This document shows, piece by piece, positions 49,506-63,699 of a stretch of DNA of 64,000 nucleotides. How positions within the stretch are numbered: position 1 is the first letter of the stretch; each line of letters opens with the position of its first letter. This stretch comes from a bacterium. GTDB taxonomy: Bacteria; Desulfobacterota; Binatia; DP-6. The stretch covers positions 4,122-68,121 of the forward strand of contig JAHCID010000010.1 of assembly GCA_026129405.1 (NCBI GenBank). The letters are read 5' to 3'. The notes below the pieces were generated by a model that was not told the DNA's origin, did no database searches, and saw nothing but the letters and a program-made list of their open reading frames with translations. The position numbers were made by a program, and so were the translations under genes.

Positions 49506-50086
49506 CAGTGGGCCTCCGCGTCCAGCTTGGTCCGCTCGGCGGCGGGGACGTCGGCCAGGGTCGCCGTCTGGCTCAGCTGAAGCGCTCGGATGTACGTCGT
49601 GATCGCCCAGCGGTCGGCGATGGGGATCTGCTGGGCGTAGTTCGGCATGATGCCGAAGCCGTTGGTGATGACGTCGAAGTAGTAGCCGTCGGGCTCGTTG
49701 CGCAGCCGCTCGACGTGGAACGACGGCGGACGCTTGTAGCCGCGCAGCACGATCATGCCGCCGCCGGCGCCGGTGCGGTCGTGGCAGGGCGAGCAGTAGA
49801 TGTCGTAGCGCTGGTGGCCGCGGGCGACGAGGTCGGTGGTGACGGGCACCGGCGCCTCGCGCACGAAGTCGCCGCCGGCGTCCTTGCCGGAACTCCACGG
49901 CGTCGGCGTGATGATGCTGTTGCGCGCCACCGTCCCGTCGATGAGCGGCCGCGACGAATCGCCGTTCGCGAACAGGCCGCTCGGCTGGAGCGGCAGGTAC
50001 TTCGGCTGATTCTGCATGTCCGAGCGGCAGGCCACGCCGAAGGGCAGGCACAGCGCCAGGAGGGCGAGCAGGGGACGGCGGGCCAT
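49505..50086 (-). CDS. actE: alternative complex III monoheme cytochrome c subunit ActE
   Basis: Signal/lipobox (LALCLPFGVACRSD) and a single CSPCH heme-binding motif. Confidence 0.8.
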   Translation of the reverse strand: MARRPLLALLALCLPFGVACRSDMQNQPKYLPLQPSGLFANGDSSRPLIDGTVARNSIITPTPWSSGKDAGGDFVREAPVPVTTDLVARGHQRYDIYCSPCHDRTGAGGGMIVLRGYKRPPSFHVERLRNEPDGYYFDVITNGFGIMPNYAQQIPIADRWAITTYIRALQLSQTATLADVPAAERTKLDAEAH

Positions 50087-50618
50087 CAGTGTTCCACCTC
50101 GGAGACCTTGGTGGGCGTCTGGCGCTCGAGGAACCGGCGCGTCGCCTCACGATCGAACAGCGGATCGTCGGACTCGATGCAGAGGAAGAAGCGGTCCTGC
50201 GTGGCGCGCTCGAAGCCCGGCACGTTGAAGACGGGGTGATAGTGCAGGGGCAGCCCGTTGAGCACGATCATGCCGACCACGGCCGCGAGCGCGGCCCCGA
50301 GGATCGTGCACTCGAAGGTGATCGGGATGAAGCTCGGCCAGCTGTTGAACGGGCGGCCGCCGACGACGATCGGGTAGTCGATGACCGAGGTCCAGTAGCA
50401 GAGCGCGAAGCCGCCGACGCCGCCGATGATGCCGCCCAGGAGCACGAGGAGCGGGAGCCGGCTGTGATGCCCTTCGAACATCTCGCCCAGCTCCTCGACG
50501 GGGAAGGGCGTGTAGGCGTCGACGCGGCGGTAGCCCGCCTGCCAGGTGTGGTGGGCGGCCCGCATCAACCCCGAGAGGTCGGCGAACTCCGCCATGATCC
50601 CGAAGATCGGCGCGCGCG

Positions 50619-50622
<4 letters not shown>
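50086..50622 (-). CDS. actD: alternative complex III membrane subunit ActD (DUF3341)
   Basis: 178 aa, two TM helices, in operon position between actC and actE. Confidence 0.75.
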
Positions 50623-55048
<4,426 letters not shown>

Positions 55049-55065
55049 GTCGTCTCCTCGCGGGG

Positions 55066-55719
55066 CTAGCGGTGGCAGGTGTCGCAGTCGGTGCGCGGGT
55101 GGACGTCGTAGGCCTTCACCAGCTCGCGACCGAGGGTCAGCTGATCACCGTCCGGACGCCACGCCATGTTGAAGACCTGGTCGCGCGGCCGGATGTACTG
55201 TTCCGGGTTGCGGTGGCAGTCGAGACACCACTCCATCTGCAACGAGCTCTGCTGGTAGACCTGATTCATCTCGTCGATGCGCCCGTGACACGTCGCGCAC
55301 CCGATGCCCTTGTGCACGTGGACGCTGTGGTTGAAGTAGGCGAAGTCCGGCAGGTCGTGGATGCGGATCCACTTGAGCGGCTTGTCGTCGCGATAGCTCG
55401 CGCGCACCGGCTCGAGGATGGGCGCCTCGGTCCAGATCTGGCTGTGGCAGTTGATGCAGGTCTTCGTCGGCGGGATGCCGGCGAAGGCCGCCTGCTCGAC
55501 CTGGGTGTGGCAGTAGCGGCAGTCGATCCCGAGCTCGCCGGCGTGGTGCTTGTGGCTGAACTGGATCGGCTGCTCGATCGCCTCGAACTGCCCCGTCACG
55601 TAGCTCGATCGGGCGATCACCGTCATCAAGAGGACGAGGGCTCCGCCTGCGAGGGCGCCGCCCCCGACGATGATGACCCGTGCCAGTACGTTCGAACGCC
55701 GCTTGAATATCTGGGCCAT
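55066..55719 (-). CDS. actA: alternative complex III pentaheme cytochrome c subunit ActA
   Basis: N-terminal TM anchor and five CxxCH motifs (CRYCH, CINCH, CATCH, CLDCH, CDTCH). Confidence 0.85.
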   Translation of the reverse strand: MAQIFKRRSNVLARVIIVGGGALAGGALVLLMTVIARSSYVTGQFEAIEQPIQFSHKHHAGELGIDCRYCHTQVEQAAFAGIPPTKTCINCHSQIWTEAPILEPVRASYRDDKPLKWIRIHDLPDFAYFNHSVHVHKGIGCATCHGRIDEMNQVYQQSSLQMEWCLDCHRNPEQYIRPRDQVFNMAWRPDGDQLTLGRELVKAYDVHPRTDCDTCHR

Positions 55720-55805
55720 GCGTTAGCGCGCGCAGTCTACAAGGTGACGATCCGCATTCAACGAATCGGGCCCTGAGATCACCTTGCCGGACGAATAAGC
55801 GTGGC

Positions 55806-57125
55806 TCATACCGACCTCGTTTCGAGGGAGTTTTGCACGACGGCGGCGCGCAAGGTGTTCCATTCCCCACACCTTGTGCAAGTCCCTGCCCACTGCGTCG
55901 TGGAATGTCCGCACCGCGCGCACGTGAGCGGTGCGAAGAACCCGAGGTCGGGGCCGAGAGCGCGGGCCCACGCGGTCGTCGCCGCGGCCGTGTCGCCGCG
56001 CCGTCGAGCCAGCTCGCCGGCCAGGATCGCCGCCGCCGGCGTGTCCTGCGCGCCCGGCGGAAGCGTCTCGAGCGCGCGTGCCGCCTCGTCGAGCGCGTCG
56101 CGACGCAGGAGCCAGCGGACGTGGAAGAGGGCCGTCGTCGCGTCGTCGGGATGGTGGCGTCGCAGTGCGCGATACACGCTGCCCATGCGATCGGGCACGC
56201 CCAGGGCGTCGTCGTGACGCTCGAGCCGCTCGAGGAGCACCGCCTGCGGATACCGGCGCAGGCCACGCAGCCACGTGCGGCGCGCGACGGCGGGGCGTCC
56301 CGCCGCGAGCCAGCGGTCGCCGGCCGCTACCCAGGCGGGGGTGAAGTCGGGGGTTTCGCCCGCGATCGCCGCGAGACGCTTCGCCGCGCTGCGCTCGTCG
56401 GACTCGGCGCACGCCGCTTCGTAGCGAAGCCCGCGCATGACGCGCTCCTCGGCCGCGAGCGCTGCGGGCGCACGCAGGCCGAGCAGCAGCTCCTGCTGCG
56501 CGACGACCGCGCCGGTGAAGTCGCCGCTCGCGACGCGCAGCTCGCGCAGCCGGCGCAGCAGGCGTGGGCTGCCCGGGCGCAGGCGACGGGCTCGCTCGAG
56601 CGCCTCCGCGGCCCCGCGCAGGTCGCCGCTCTCCTGCGCCGCGGTGGCGAGCAGATCGAGCAGGTGGGCGTCGGGCTCGTGGCGCGCCTGCGCGTCCTCG
56701 AGCACGCGCCGCGCCGCCGCCGGATCGCTCTCGTGGAGGTGCGCCTCGGCGAGAAGGCCGACCCGAGTCCGGTCGGCCGCCAGCTCGTCCGGCCGTCGCA
56801 GCAGCTCCGAGCGTGCCTGCGCGTACTCGCCCGTCCACACGAGCTCCTGGGCGCGCGCCGTCGCGGCTTCGCGGCGTGCCGCGCGGCGCGCCTGTCGTCG
56901 CGCCCGCACAGCTCGCCAGCGGCGGGCGAGGGCGCCGGCGAGCGCGACGAGGCCGACGACGAGCGCCCCCACCGCGAACGCCGCGAGCACCACCGCACCG
57001 AGCGGCAGGGTGAGGGTGCGCTCCGGTCCCCACGTGAGGACCACCGGGGTCGCGTTGAGGAGGTAGAGCCAGCCCGCGGCGACCGCGAGCCCGGCGGCGA
57101 GGGTGGCGACCAGCCAGTACGCCAT
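55806..57125 (-). CDS. LapB (YciM)-like TPR protein with N-terminal membrane anchor and C-terminal rubredoxin-like zinc ribbon
   Basis: N-terminal helices (MAYWLVATLAAGLAVAAGWLYLL), TPR-like helical body, C-terminal CARCGHSTTQWAGTCTRCGEWNT. Confidence 0.7.
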   Translation of the reverse strand: MAYWLVATLAAGLAVAAGWLYLLNATPVVLTWGPERTLTLPLGAVVLAAFAVGALVVGLVALAGALARRWRAVRARRQARRAARREAATARAQELVWTGEYAQARSELLRRPDELAADRTRVGLLAEAHLHESDPAAARRVLEDAQARHEPDAHLLDLLATAAQESGDLRGAAEALERARRLRPGSPRLLRRLRELRVASGDFTGAVVAQQELLLGLRAPAALAAEERVMRGLRYEAACAESDERSAAKRLAAIAGETPDFTPAWVAAGDRWLAAGRPAVARRTWLRGLRRYPQAVLLERLERHDDALGVPDRMGSVYRALRRHHPDDATTALFHVRWLLRRDALDEAARALETLPPGAQDTPAAAILAGELARRRGDTAAATTAWARALGPDLGFFAPLTCARCGHSTTQWAGTCTRCGEWNTLRAAVVQNSLETRSV

Positions 57126-57136
57126 CGCAGCCGGTC

Positions 57137-57535
57137 TCAGGCGTGCTCGGTACCGGTCTTCTGACTGCGGGCCTGGGTCAGGTACGGCTCGGGCAGCTCG
57201 ACACGCGGTGCGCGCGCCCAGAGGCGATCGAGGTCGTAGAACTCGCGCACGGGCACCTGGAACACGTGCACGACGACGTCGCCGAAGTCGATCAGCACCC
57301 ACTGGCCGTGCGCGTAGCCCTCGACCGAGAGCGGTCGCACGCCCTGAGCGGTGAGCTCGGCCTGGATGCCGTCGGCGATCGCCTGGACCTGCGTGTCGGA
57401 GCGACCGCTGCAGAGGACGAAGTAGTCGCCGATCGAGGTGAGCTCGGCGGTGTCGAGCACGACCAGGTCGAGGGCTTTCTTGTCGAGCGCGGCGCGCGCG
57501 CAGGCCAGCGTGCGATCCCAGGTTGAAAGCGTCAT
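57137..57535 (-). CDS. rsfS: ribosome silencing factor RsfS (Iojap)
   Basis: 132 aa. DYFVLCSGRSDTQVQAIA and GQWVLIDFGDVVVHVF family signature. Confidence 0.85.
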   Translation of the reverse strand: MTLSTWDRTLACARAALDKKALDLVVLDTAELTSIGDYFVLCSGRSDTQVQAIADGIQAELTAQGVRPLSVEGYAHGQWVLIDFGDVVVHVFQVPVREFYDLDRLWARAPRVELPEPYLTQARSQKTGTEHA

Positions 57536-58206
57536 GCGGGGCCGGGGCCCTCCCGGCGGCGGTACAGCCCGTGCTGCGCCACGTACGCGGCGACGGTGTC
57601 GGGGACGAGGTAGCGGATGGAGCGCCCGGCGGCGACGCGGGCGCGAAGGTCGGTGGCGGAGACGTCGAGCGCGGCGATCCGGAGCAACGTCACCCCGCGA
57701 CCCGACTCGTGGCGTATCGCCTCACTGGCGCGATCATAACCAAGGGTATGGCGCAGGGCAACGGGGAAATCCTCGATGGAGAGGCCCATGGGCCACGGCG
57801 GACGCGTCACCACGACGGTGTCGGCCAGCGCGAGGATCGCGCCCGGCTCGCGCCACGTGTCGAGCTCCGCGAACGCGTCGCGTCCGAGCACGAACACCGC
57901 GCGGGTCTCGGGTCCCACCTCCGTTCGCAGCGCCCGCAGCGTGTCGACGGTGTACGAGGGCCCGTTCCGGCGCAGCTCGACGTCCCAGGGGACGAGCCCC
58001 GACACGTCCGCCGTCGCCAGCTCGACCATGCGCAGCCGATGCGCCGCGGAGGAGACGCCCGCGGCGGCCTTGTGCGGGGGAAGGGCCGAGGGCACCAGGC
58101 GCACCTCGTCGAGTCCGCACGCCTCCCGGACCTCGAGCGCGACGCGCAGGTGCGCGACGTGGATCGGGTCGAAGGTGCCGCCGAGGACGCCGATGCCGCC
58201 GCGCAC
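57532..58206 (-). CDS. nadD: nicotinate-nucleotide adenylyltransferase
   Basis: GGTFDPIHVAH nucleotidyltransferase (H/T)xGH motif. 4-nt overlap with rsfS. Confidence 0.9.
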   Translation of the reverse strand: MRGGIGVLGGTFDPIHVAHLRVALEVREACGLDEVRLVPSALPPHKAAAGVSSAAHRLRMVELATADVSGLVPWDVELRRNGPSYTVDTLRALRTEVGPETRAVFVLGRDAFAELDTWREPGAILALADTVVVTRPPWPMGLSIEDFPVALRHTLGYDRASEAIRHESGRGVTLLRIAALDVSATDLRARVAAGRSIRYLVPDTVAAYVAQHGLYRRREGPGPA

Positions 58207-58217
58207 CGGCCGTCTCG

Positions 58218-59489
58218 CTACGCCCGCACCTGGCCCGACCCGCGTACGCAGTACTTGTAGGTCGTGAGCTCACGCAGGCCCATCGGTCCGCGGGCGTGCA
58301 GCCGGTTGGTGCTGATGCCCACCTCGGCGCCGAAGCCGAACTCGTAGCCGTCGGTGAAGCGGGTCGACGCGTTCACGTAGACCGCGGCCGCGTCGACGGT
58401 GTGGAGGAAGCGCTCCGCGGCGCGGTAGTCGTCGGTGACGATGGCCTCGGCGAGCTGCGTGCCGTGCGCGGCGATGAAGTCGAGCGCGACGTCGAGCGAC
58501 GGCACGACCTTCACGCTGAGCACCAGGTCGAGGTACTCGGTGTCCCAGTCGGCGTCGGTCGCCGGCACGACGTCGGCCACGATCGCGCGTACCGCCGCGT
58601 CGCCGCGCACCTCGCAGCCGTGCTCGCGCAGCTGCGCGACCATGCGGGGCAGGAAGCGCGGGGCGACGGCTTCGTGCACGACGAGGTTCTCGAGCGCGTT
58701 GCAGACGCTCGGGCGCTGCACCTTGCCGTTGAGACAGATGCGCTCCGCCATCGCGAGGTCGGCGGCGGCGTCGACGTAGAGATGGCAGATGCCCTCGAAG
58801 TGCTTCACGACCGGGATGCGACTCTCGGCCATGATCGTGCGCTTCAGCGCCTCGCCGCCGCGCGCGATCACGACGTCGATGCGGTCGTCGCGGCGCAGGA
58901 GCCCGCGCACGACGTCGCGCCCGCCCGACACGAGCTGCACCGCGGCCTCGGGCAGCCCCGCGCCGGCCACCGCCGTGCGCAGCACGTCGGCGATGGCGCC
59001 GCTCGTCGCCTGCGACTCCGAGCCGCCCTTCAGCAGCACCGCGTTGGCGGTCTTGAGGCAGAGCGCCGCCGAGTCGGCGGTGACGTTGGGGCGCGACTCG
59101 TAGATGGTCAGCACGACGCCGATGGGGACGCGCACCTGGTCGATCTCGAGCCCGTTCGGGCGGCGCCAGGCGGCGATGGTCTCGCCGACGGGATCGGGCA
59201 GGGCGGCGATCTCCTCGAGGCCGCGCGCCATCGCCTCGATGCGCGCCGGGTTCAGCGTGAGCCGATCGAGGAAGGCGGCCGACTCGCCGGCAGCGCGGCC
59301 GCGCTCGAGGTCCTCGGCGTTGGCGGCGAGCAGGCGCGTCTCGGCCGCGCGCAGGCCGGCGGCGCCGTCGCGCAGCGCGCGGTCCTTGTCGGCGCTCGAC
59401 GCGCCGGCGAGGACGCGGATGGCGTCGCGGGCCGCGGCCGAGAGCGCGTCGGCGGCGCGCTCGGCGTCGGCGGGCAGGGGCGGGAGCAT
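58218..59489 (-). CDS. proA: glutamate-5-semialdehyde dehydrogenase (gamma-glutamyl phosphate reductase)
   Basis: Aldehyde-dehydrogenase fold with the ProA catalytic Cys context (RPSVCNALENLVVHE), NASTRFTDG motif. Confidence 0.9.
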   Translation of the reverse strand: MLPPLPADAERAADALSAAARDAIRVLAGASSADKDRALRDGAAGLRAAETRLLAANAEDLERGRAAGESAAFLDRLTLNPARIEAMARGLEEIAALPDPVGETIAAWRRPNGLEIDQVRVPIGVVLTIYESRPNVTADSAALCLKTANAVLLKGGSESQATSGAIADVLRTAVAGAGLPEAAVQLVSGGRDVVRGLLRRDDRIDVVIARGGEALKRTIMAESRIPVVKHFEGICHLYVDAAADLAMAERICLNGKVQRPSVCNALENLVVHEAVAPRFLPRMVAQLREHGCEVRGDAAVRAIVADVVPATDADWDTEYLDLVLSVKVVPSLDVALDFIAAHGTQLAEAIVTDDYRAAERFLHTVDAAAVYVNASTRFTDGYEFGFGAEVGISTNRLHARGPMGLRELTTYKYCVRGSGQVRA

Positions 59490-59568
59490 GCGCGCGACCC
59501 TACCGCAGGGCTGCCGCCCGTGCCACCGCAGTTGCCTCGTCGCGCACGCCCGGTCTACGTCCGACGGC

Positions 59569-60546
59569 ATGGAATTCGGCCTCCAGGTGAACGCGCTCGA
59601 GCTGCCGCGCCTGCGCGACGTGGCGCAGCAGGCGGAGGGCCTCGGCTTCGGCTTCCTCGCGCTCCCCGACCACTATCTCTACGAGGGTCCGGAGCATCAG
59701 CACGACCCGAGCGCGCTCGTGTGGGACCCGATGCTCGCCGCCGCCGTCCTGGCAAGCGCCACGACGCGGGCTCGCATCGGTCACCTGGTGTTGTGCAACC
59801 TCTTCCGCCATCCGGTGGAGACGGCGCGCGCGCTCACCACGCTCGACCACCTGAGCGGCGGTCGCGTCGTCGCCGGCATCGGTGCCGGCTGGACCGAGCG
59901 CGAGTTCGAGATGACGGGCATCCCGTTCCCCGACGTCACGACGCGCCTGCGCATGCTCGACGAGTCGCTCGCCGTGATGCGCCGCCTGTGGACCGAGGAG
60001 ACGACGACGCACCAGGGCGAGTTCTACCGCCTGGGCGGCGCCATCGCGCATCCGAAGCCGGTGCAGCACCCGCACCCGCCCATCCTCCTGGGCGGCGCCG
60101 GCAAGGGCCTTCTGCGCATCGCCGCGCGCCATGCCGACATCGTGAACGTCATCGCCGAGACCGGGCGCAAGGGCTACATCGCCCTCGACCAGGTGGCGAA
60201 GTTCACCGACGCGCGCTTCCGCGCCCGCGTCGCCTTCGTACGCGACGAGGCGCGTGCCGCGGGCCGCGACCCGGAGACGATCACGCTCAGCAACGTCTGC
60301 TTCACGGCCATGGTCACCGACTCGCCCGACGAGACGCGGGAGCGGGCGATCATGTTCAGCGGTCTCTTCGGCGGCTCGATCGAGGCGACGCTGCGCTCGC
60401 CGACGATGCTCCTCGGCACGCCCGAGGAGATCGTCGCCGAGATCCGCCGCCGGCGCACGGAGTGGGGCATCGCGCAGCTCGTGATCTCGTTCGCCGGCGA
60501 GGCGATGTTGCAGCGCTTCGGCGAGGAGGTCGTGCCGCGCGTCTGA
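59569..60546 (+). CDS. LLM-class (luciferase-like) flavin/F420-dependent oxidoreductase
   Basis: TIM-barrel LLM signatures (GFGFLALPDHY, RVVAGIGAGW, HPHPPILLGG). Start at internal ATG (MEFGLQVN). Confidence 0.8.
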   Translation: MEFGLQVNALELPRLRDVAQQAEGLGFGFLALPDHYLYEGPEHQHDPSALVWDPMLAAAVLASATTRARIGHLVLCNLFRHPVETARALTTLDHLSGGRVVAGIGAGWTEREFEMTGIPFPDVTTRLRMLDESLAVMRRLWTEETTTHQGEFYRLGGAIAHPKPVQHPHPPILLGGAGKGLLRIAARHADIVNVIAETGRKGYIALDQVAKFTDARFRARVAFVRDEARAAGRDPETITLSNVCFTAMVTDSPDETRERAIMFSGLFGGSIEATLRSPTMLLGTPEEIVAEIRRRRTEWGIAQLVISFAGEAMLQRFGEEVVPRV

Positions 60547-60549
60547 CGG

Positions 60550-61449
60550 CTACGGCGCGAGTACCTCGCGTGCGAAGCGCTCCATCGCTGCGCGGTAGTC
60601 GCGCCGCGTCTCCGCCGGGAAGCCGACCGTCAGCCAGGTGACGCCGAGCGCTTCGAGGGCCGCGGCGCGCTCGCGCGTGTCGGCCGGCGGCGCGTCGTGC
60701 GTCGGCAGGAGCGCCGTGCACACGTCGAGCGGTGCGGTGCGGCCGATCTCGGCCGCGTACGCGCGTGCGAAGGCGAGACGCTGCGCGAGATCGCTCGTGG
60801 TCTCGAGGACGGGCGTGCGCGTGAAGGGCGCCATCGCGGCGGTGTTGGGGAAGGGCACCCAGCCGTCGCCGAGCGCGACCGCGCGGCGGATGGCGGTGCG
60901 GCTGTTGCCGCCCACCCAGATCGGCGGCCGCGGCCGTTGCACCGGACGGAAGCCGGTGCTGTTGCCGCGCGCGGCGTAGCCGCGACCCTCGAAGTGGACG
61001 TCGTCGCCGGCCCAGGCCGCGGTCATGGCGCGCAGGTACTCGTCGGTGACGTCGTTGCGGCCCTCGAAGTCGGCCCCCAGCGCGGCGAACTCGCCCTTCA
61101 GGTAGCCGGCCGCGACGCCGACGGTGACGCGCCCGCCCGAGAGCACGTCGAGGCTGAGGATCGCCTTCGCGGCGACGAACGGGTTGCGGTAGGGCACGAC
61201 GAGGATGTGCGTCTGCACGCGCAGCGTCGTCGTCGCGGCGGCCGCGAACGACAGCGCCACGAACGGATCGAGCGCGTGGTGGCCACCCCCGTGCAGCCAC
61301 TTGTGCGGGGGGAACGGATGGTCGGTCACGTAGCAGGCGCCGAAGCCGCACGCCTCGGCGGCACGCGCGATCTCCGCGACGGCGTCCCCGGTGACGAACT
61401 CCGGGGCGTGGGCGAGTCGGTCGGTCGGCAGCGAGACGGCGAAGCGCAT
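60550..61449 (-). CDS. LLM-class (luciferase-like) flavin/F420-dependent oxidoreductase
   Basis: GFGACYVTDHPFPP, RVTVGVAAGYLKGEF, RPRPPIWVGGNS segments typical of LLM/F420-dependent oxidoreductases. Convergent with the other LLM gene. Confidence 0.8.
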   Translation of the reverse strand: MRFAVSLPTDRLAHAPEFVTGDAVAEIARAAEACGFGACYVTDHPFPPHKWLHGGGHHALDPFVALSFAAAATTTLRVQTHILVVPYRNPFVAAKAILSLDVLSGGRVTVGVAAGYLKGEFAALGADFEGRNDVTDEYLRAMTAAWAGDDVHFEGRGYAARGNSTGFRPVQRPRPPIWVGGNSRTAIRRAVALGDGWVPFPNTAAMAPFTRTPVLETTSDLAQRLAFARAYAAEIGRTAPLDVCTALLPTHDAPPADTRERAAALEALGVTWLTVGFPAETRRDYRAAMERFAREVLAP

Positions 61450-61498
61450 CGCCGCGACTGCTAGCAAAGACGCCGGCCCGCGCGCCAGGCGCGCGGCG

Positions 61499-62659
61499 TC
61501 AGCTGGCGGCGCGCGCGGCGAGCACGACGAGATCGTCGCGGTGGATCACCTCGTCGCTGCCCTTGTAGCCGAGGCGCTTCTCGATCTCGCGCGTGTGCGC
61601 ACCCATGATCTTGGCGACGTCGCCGGCGGCGTAGTTGACGAGGCCGCGCGCGACCTCGTCGCCGCCCGGACCGACGCAGCGCACGCAGTCGCCGACGCCG
61701 AAGGTGCCGTCGACGTCGCGCACGCCCGACGGCAGCAGGCTGCGCCCGCCCTGGGCGAGGGCGCGCTCGGCGCCGGCGTCGAGGTGCAGCGTGCCTGCCG
61801 GCCGCAGCGCGTGCGCGATCCAGTGCTTGCGCCGCGCGAGGCGATCGCCGTCGGCGAGCAGCAGCGTCCCCACCTCGCGGGCGGGATCGAGCACCGCGCC
61901 CAGCATGCCGCGCCGCGAGCCGTCGGCGATCACCGTCGAGATGCCGGCCCACGCGGCCTTGCGCGCCGCCGCCACCTTCGACGCCATGCCGCCGGTGCCG
62001 ACGCCCGGGAGGGCCGGGCCGGCGATCTGGCCGAGCCGCGGATCGGTCGCCGCGACGACCGGCAGGCGCTGCGCCCCGGGCACGAGGCGCGGGTCGGCGT
62101 CGAAGACGCCGGCGACGTCGGAGAGGATCACGAGCAGGTCGGCTTCGACCAGCGTCGCCGTCAGCGCCGAGAGGTTGTCGTTGTCGCCGAGCTGGAGCTC
62201 CTCGACCGCGACGGTGTCGTTCTCGTTGACGATGGGCACGACGCCGAGGCCGAGCAGCGTGCGCAGCGTATGGCGCGCGTTGAGGTAGCGGCGGCGGTCG
62301 GCGAGGTCGGCGTGCGTGAGCAGGACCTGCGCGACCTCGCGCGTATGGCGACGGAAGGCGCGCACGTAGGCCGCCATCAGCGCCGGCTGGCCGACGGCGG
62401 CCGCGGCCTGACGCCACTCGAGGCGGCCCTTGCGCCCGCCCAGGCGGGCGGCCCCCGCGGCGACCGCGCCCGAGCTGACGAGGACGACGTCGCGCCCGGC
62501 GGCGTTTGCGGCGGCGATGTCGGTCGCGAGCCCGCGCACGCGCGCGAGGCGCAGCCCGGTCGGGCCGGCGAGCACGTTGCTGCCCACCTTCACCACGATG
62601 CGGCGGGCACGGCGCAGGAGGGCGGCCTTGTGCGCGACCTGCTCGGTGTCGACGCTCAT
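61499..62659 (-). CDS. proB: glutamate 5-kinase (with C-terminal PUA domain)
   Basis: RIVVKVGSNVL amino-acid-kinase N-terminus, C-terminal PUA-like segment. Start at MSVDTEQ; the upstream 360 codons of the track ORF are Arg-rich noise. Confidence 0.9.
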   Translation of the reverse strand: MSVDTEQVAHKAALLRRARRIVVKVGSNVLAGPTGLRLARVRGLATDIAAANAAGRDVVLVSSGAVAAGAARLGGRKGRLEWRQAAAAVGQPALMAAYVRAFRRHTREVAQVLLTHADLADRRRYLNARHTLRTLLGLGVVPIVNENDTVAVEELQLGDNDNLSALTATLVEADLLVILSDVAGVFDADPRLVPGAQRLPVVAATDPRLGQIAGPALPGVGTGGMASKVAAARKAAWAGISTVIADGSRRGMLGAVLDPAREVGTLLLADGDRLARRKHWIAHALRPAGTLHLDAGAERALAQGGRSLLPSGVRDVDGTFGVGDCVRCVGPGGDEVARGLVNYAAGDVAKIMGAHTREIEKRLGYKGSDEVIHRDDLVVLAARAAS

Positions 62660-63699
62660 GCGGGCTCTGCGGCTGCGTCGGCCGCGACGGCCGCGCGCCG
62701 GGCGGCCGCGACGGCGGCGGCGACGCGTGCGACGAGCGCGCGCGTGCCCTCGCCGGTGGCGCCCGAGACCGCGAGCAGCTCGATGCCGCGCGCGGCGAAG
62801 CGTGCCGTGACCTCGGACAGACGCTCGCGCGTCTCGGCGAGGTCCAGCTTGCCCGCGACGACGATCTGCGGCTTCGCCGCCAGCGCCGGGCTTGCCAGCG
62901 CGAGCTCGCGGCAGAGCGTGTCGTAGTCGTCGAGCGGATCGCGCCCGGTGATGCCGGAGACGTCGAGCAGATGGACGAGCACCGCCGTCCGCGCGAGGTG
63001 GCGCAGGAAGCGCGTACCGAGGCCGTGCCCCTCGTGCGCGCCGGGCAGCAGACCCGGCACGTCGGCGAGCACGAAGCTGGCGTCCTCGTCGATGCGCACG
63101 ACGCCCAGGTGCGGCACGAGCGTCGTGAACGGGTAGTCGGCGACGCGCGGGCGTGCCGCCGAGACGGCGCGGATCAGCGTCGACTTGCCCACGTTCGGAA
63201 AGCCGAGGAGACCGGCGTCCGCGAGGATGCGCAGCTCGAGCTGCAGCGTCTTCCTCTCGCCGGGGATGCCCGGCTCGGAGCGGCGCGGGGCGCGGTTGGT
63301 CGCGGTCGCGAAGTGCATGTTGCCGCGGCCGCCGTGGCCGCCGCGTGCGACGATCGCCTCGTCGCCGGCGGCGCGCAGATCGGCGAGCTGCTCCTCGGTG
63401 TCGGCGTCGTAGACCAGCGTGCCCGGCGGAACGCGGAGCACGAGGTCGGCGCCGCCGGCGCCGTACTGGTCCTTGCCGCGCCCGTGCTCGCCGCGCCCGG
63501 CGCGCAGCGTCTGCGGGTAGGAGAGGTCGACGAGCGTGGCGAGCCCGGGATCGACGCGCAGCACGACGTTGCCGCCGCTGCCGCCGTCGCCGCCGTTCGG
63601 GCCGCCGTGCGGGACGTACTTCTCCCGCCGGAAGCTGGTGCATCCGTCGCCGCCGTCGCCGGCCTCGACCTTGATGCGTACCTCGTCGACGAATTTCAT
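62656..63699 (-). CDS. obg: GTPase Obg/CgtA
   Basis: Obg-fold Gly-rich N-terminus (MKFVDEVRIKVEAGDGGDGCTSFRREKYVPHGGPNGGDGGSGG), G1 motif GFPNVGKST, G3 DVPGL. Overlaps proB by 4 nt. Confidence 0.9.
   Translation of the reverse strand: MKFVDEVRIKVEAGDGGDGCTSFRREKYVPHGGPNGGDGGSGGNVVLRVDPGLATLVDLSYPQTLRAGRGEHGRGKDQYGAGGADLVLRVPPGTLVYDADTEEQLADLRAAGDEAIVARGGHGGRGNMHFATATNRAPRRSEPGIPGERKTLQLELRILADAGLLGFPNVGKSTLIRAVSAARPRVADYPFTTLVPHLGVVRIDEDASFVLADVPGLLPGAHEGHGLGTRFLRHLARTAVLVHLLDVSGITGRDPLDDYDTLCRELALASPALAAKPQIVVAGKLDLAETRERLSEVTARFAARGIELLAVSGATGEGTRALVARVAAAVAAARRAAVAADAAAEPA

Noticed and set aside
55145-57302. Multiple overlapping ORFs (373, 436, 498, 443 aa) around the lapB-like gene
   Set aside because: Only the frame giving TM helices, TPR-like helices and the C-terminal CxxC...CxxC ribbon is coherent. 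The others are Arg/Ala-rich shadows.
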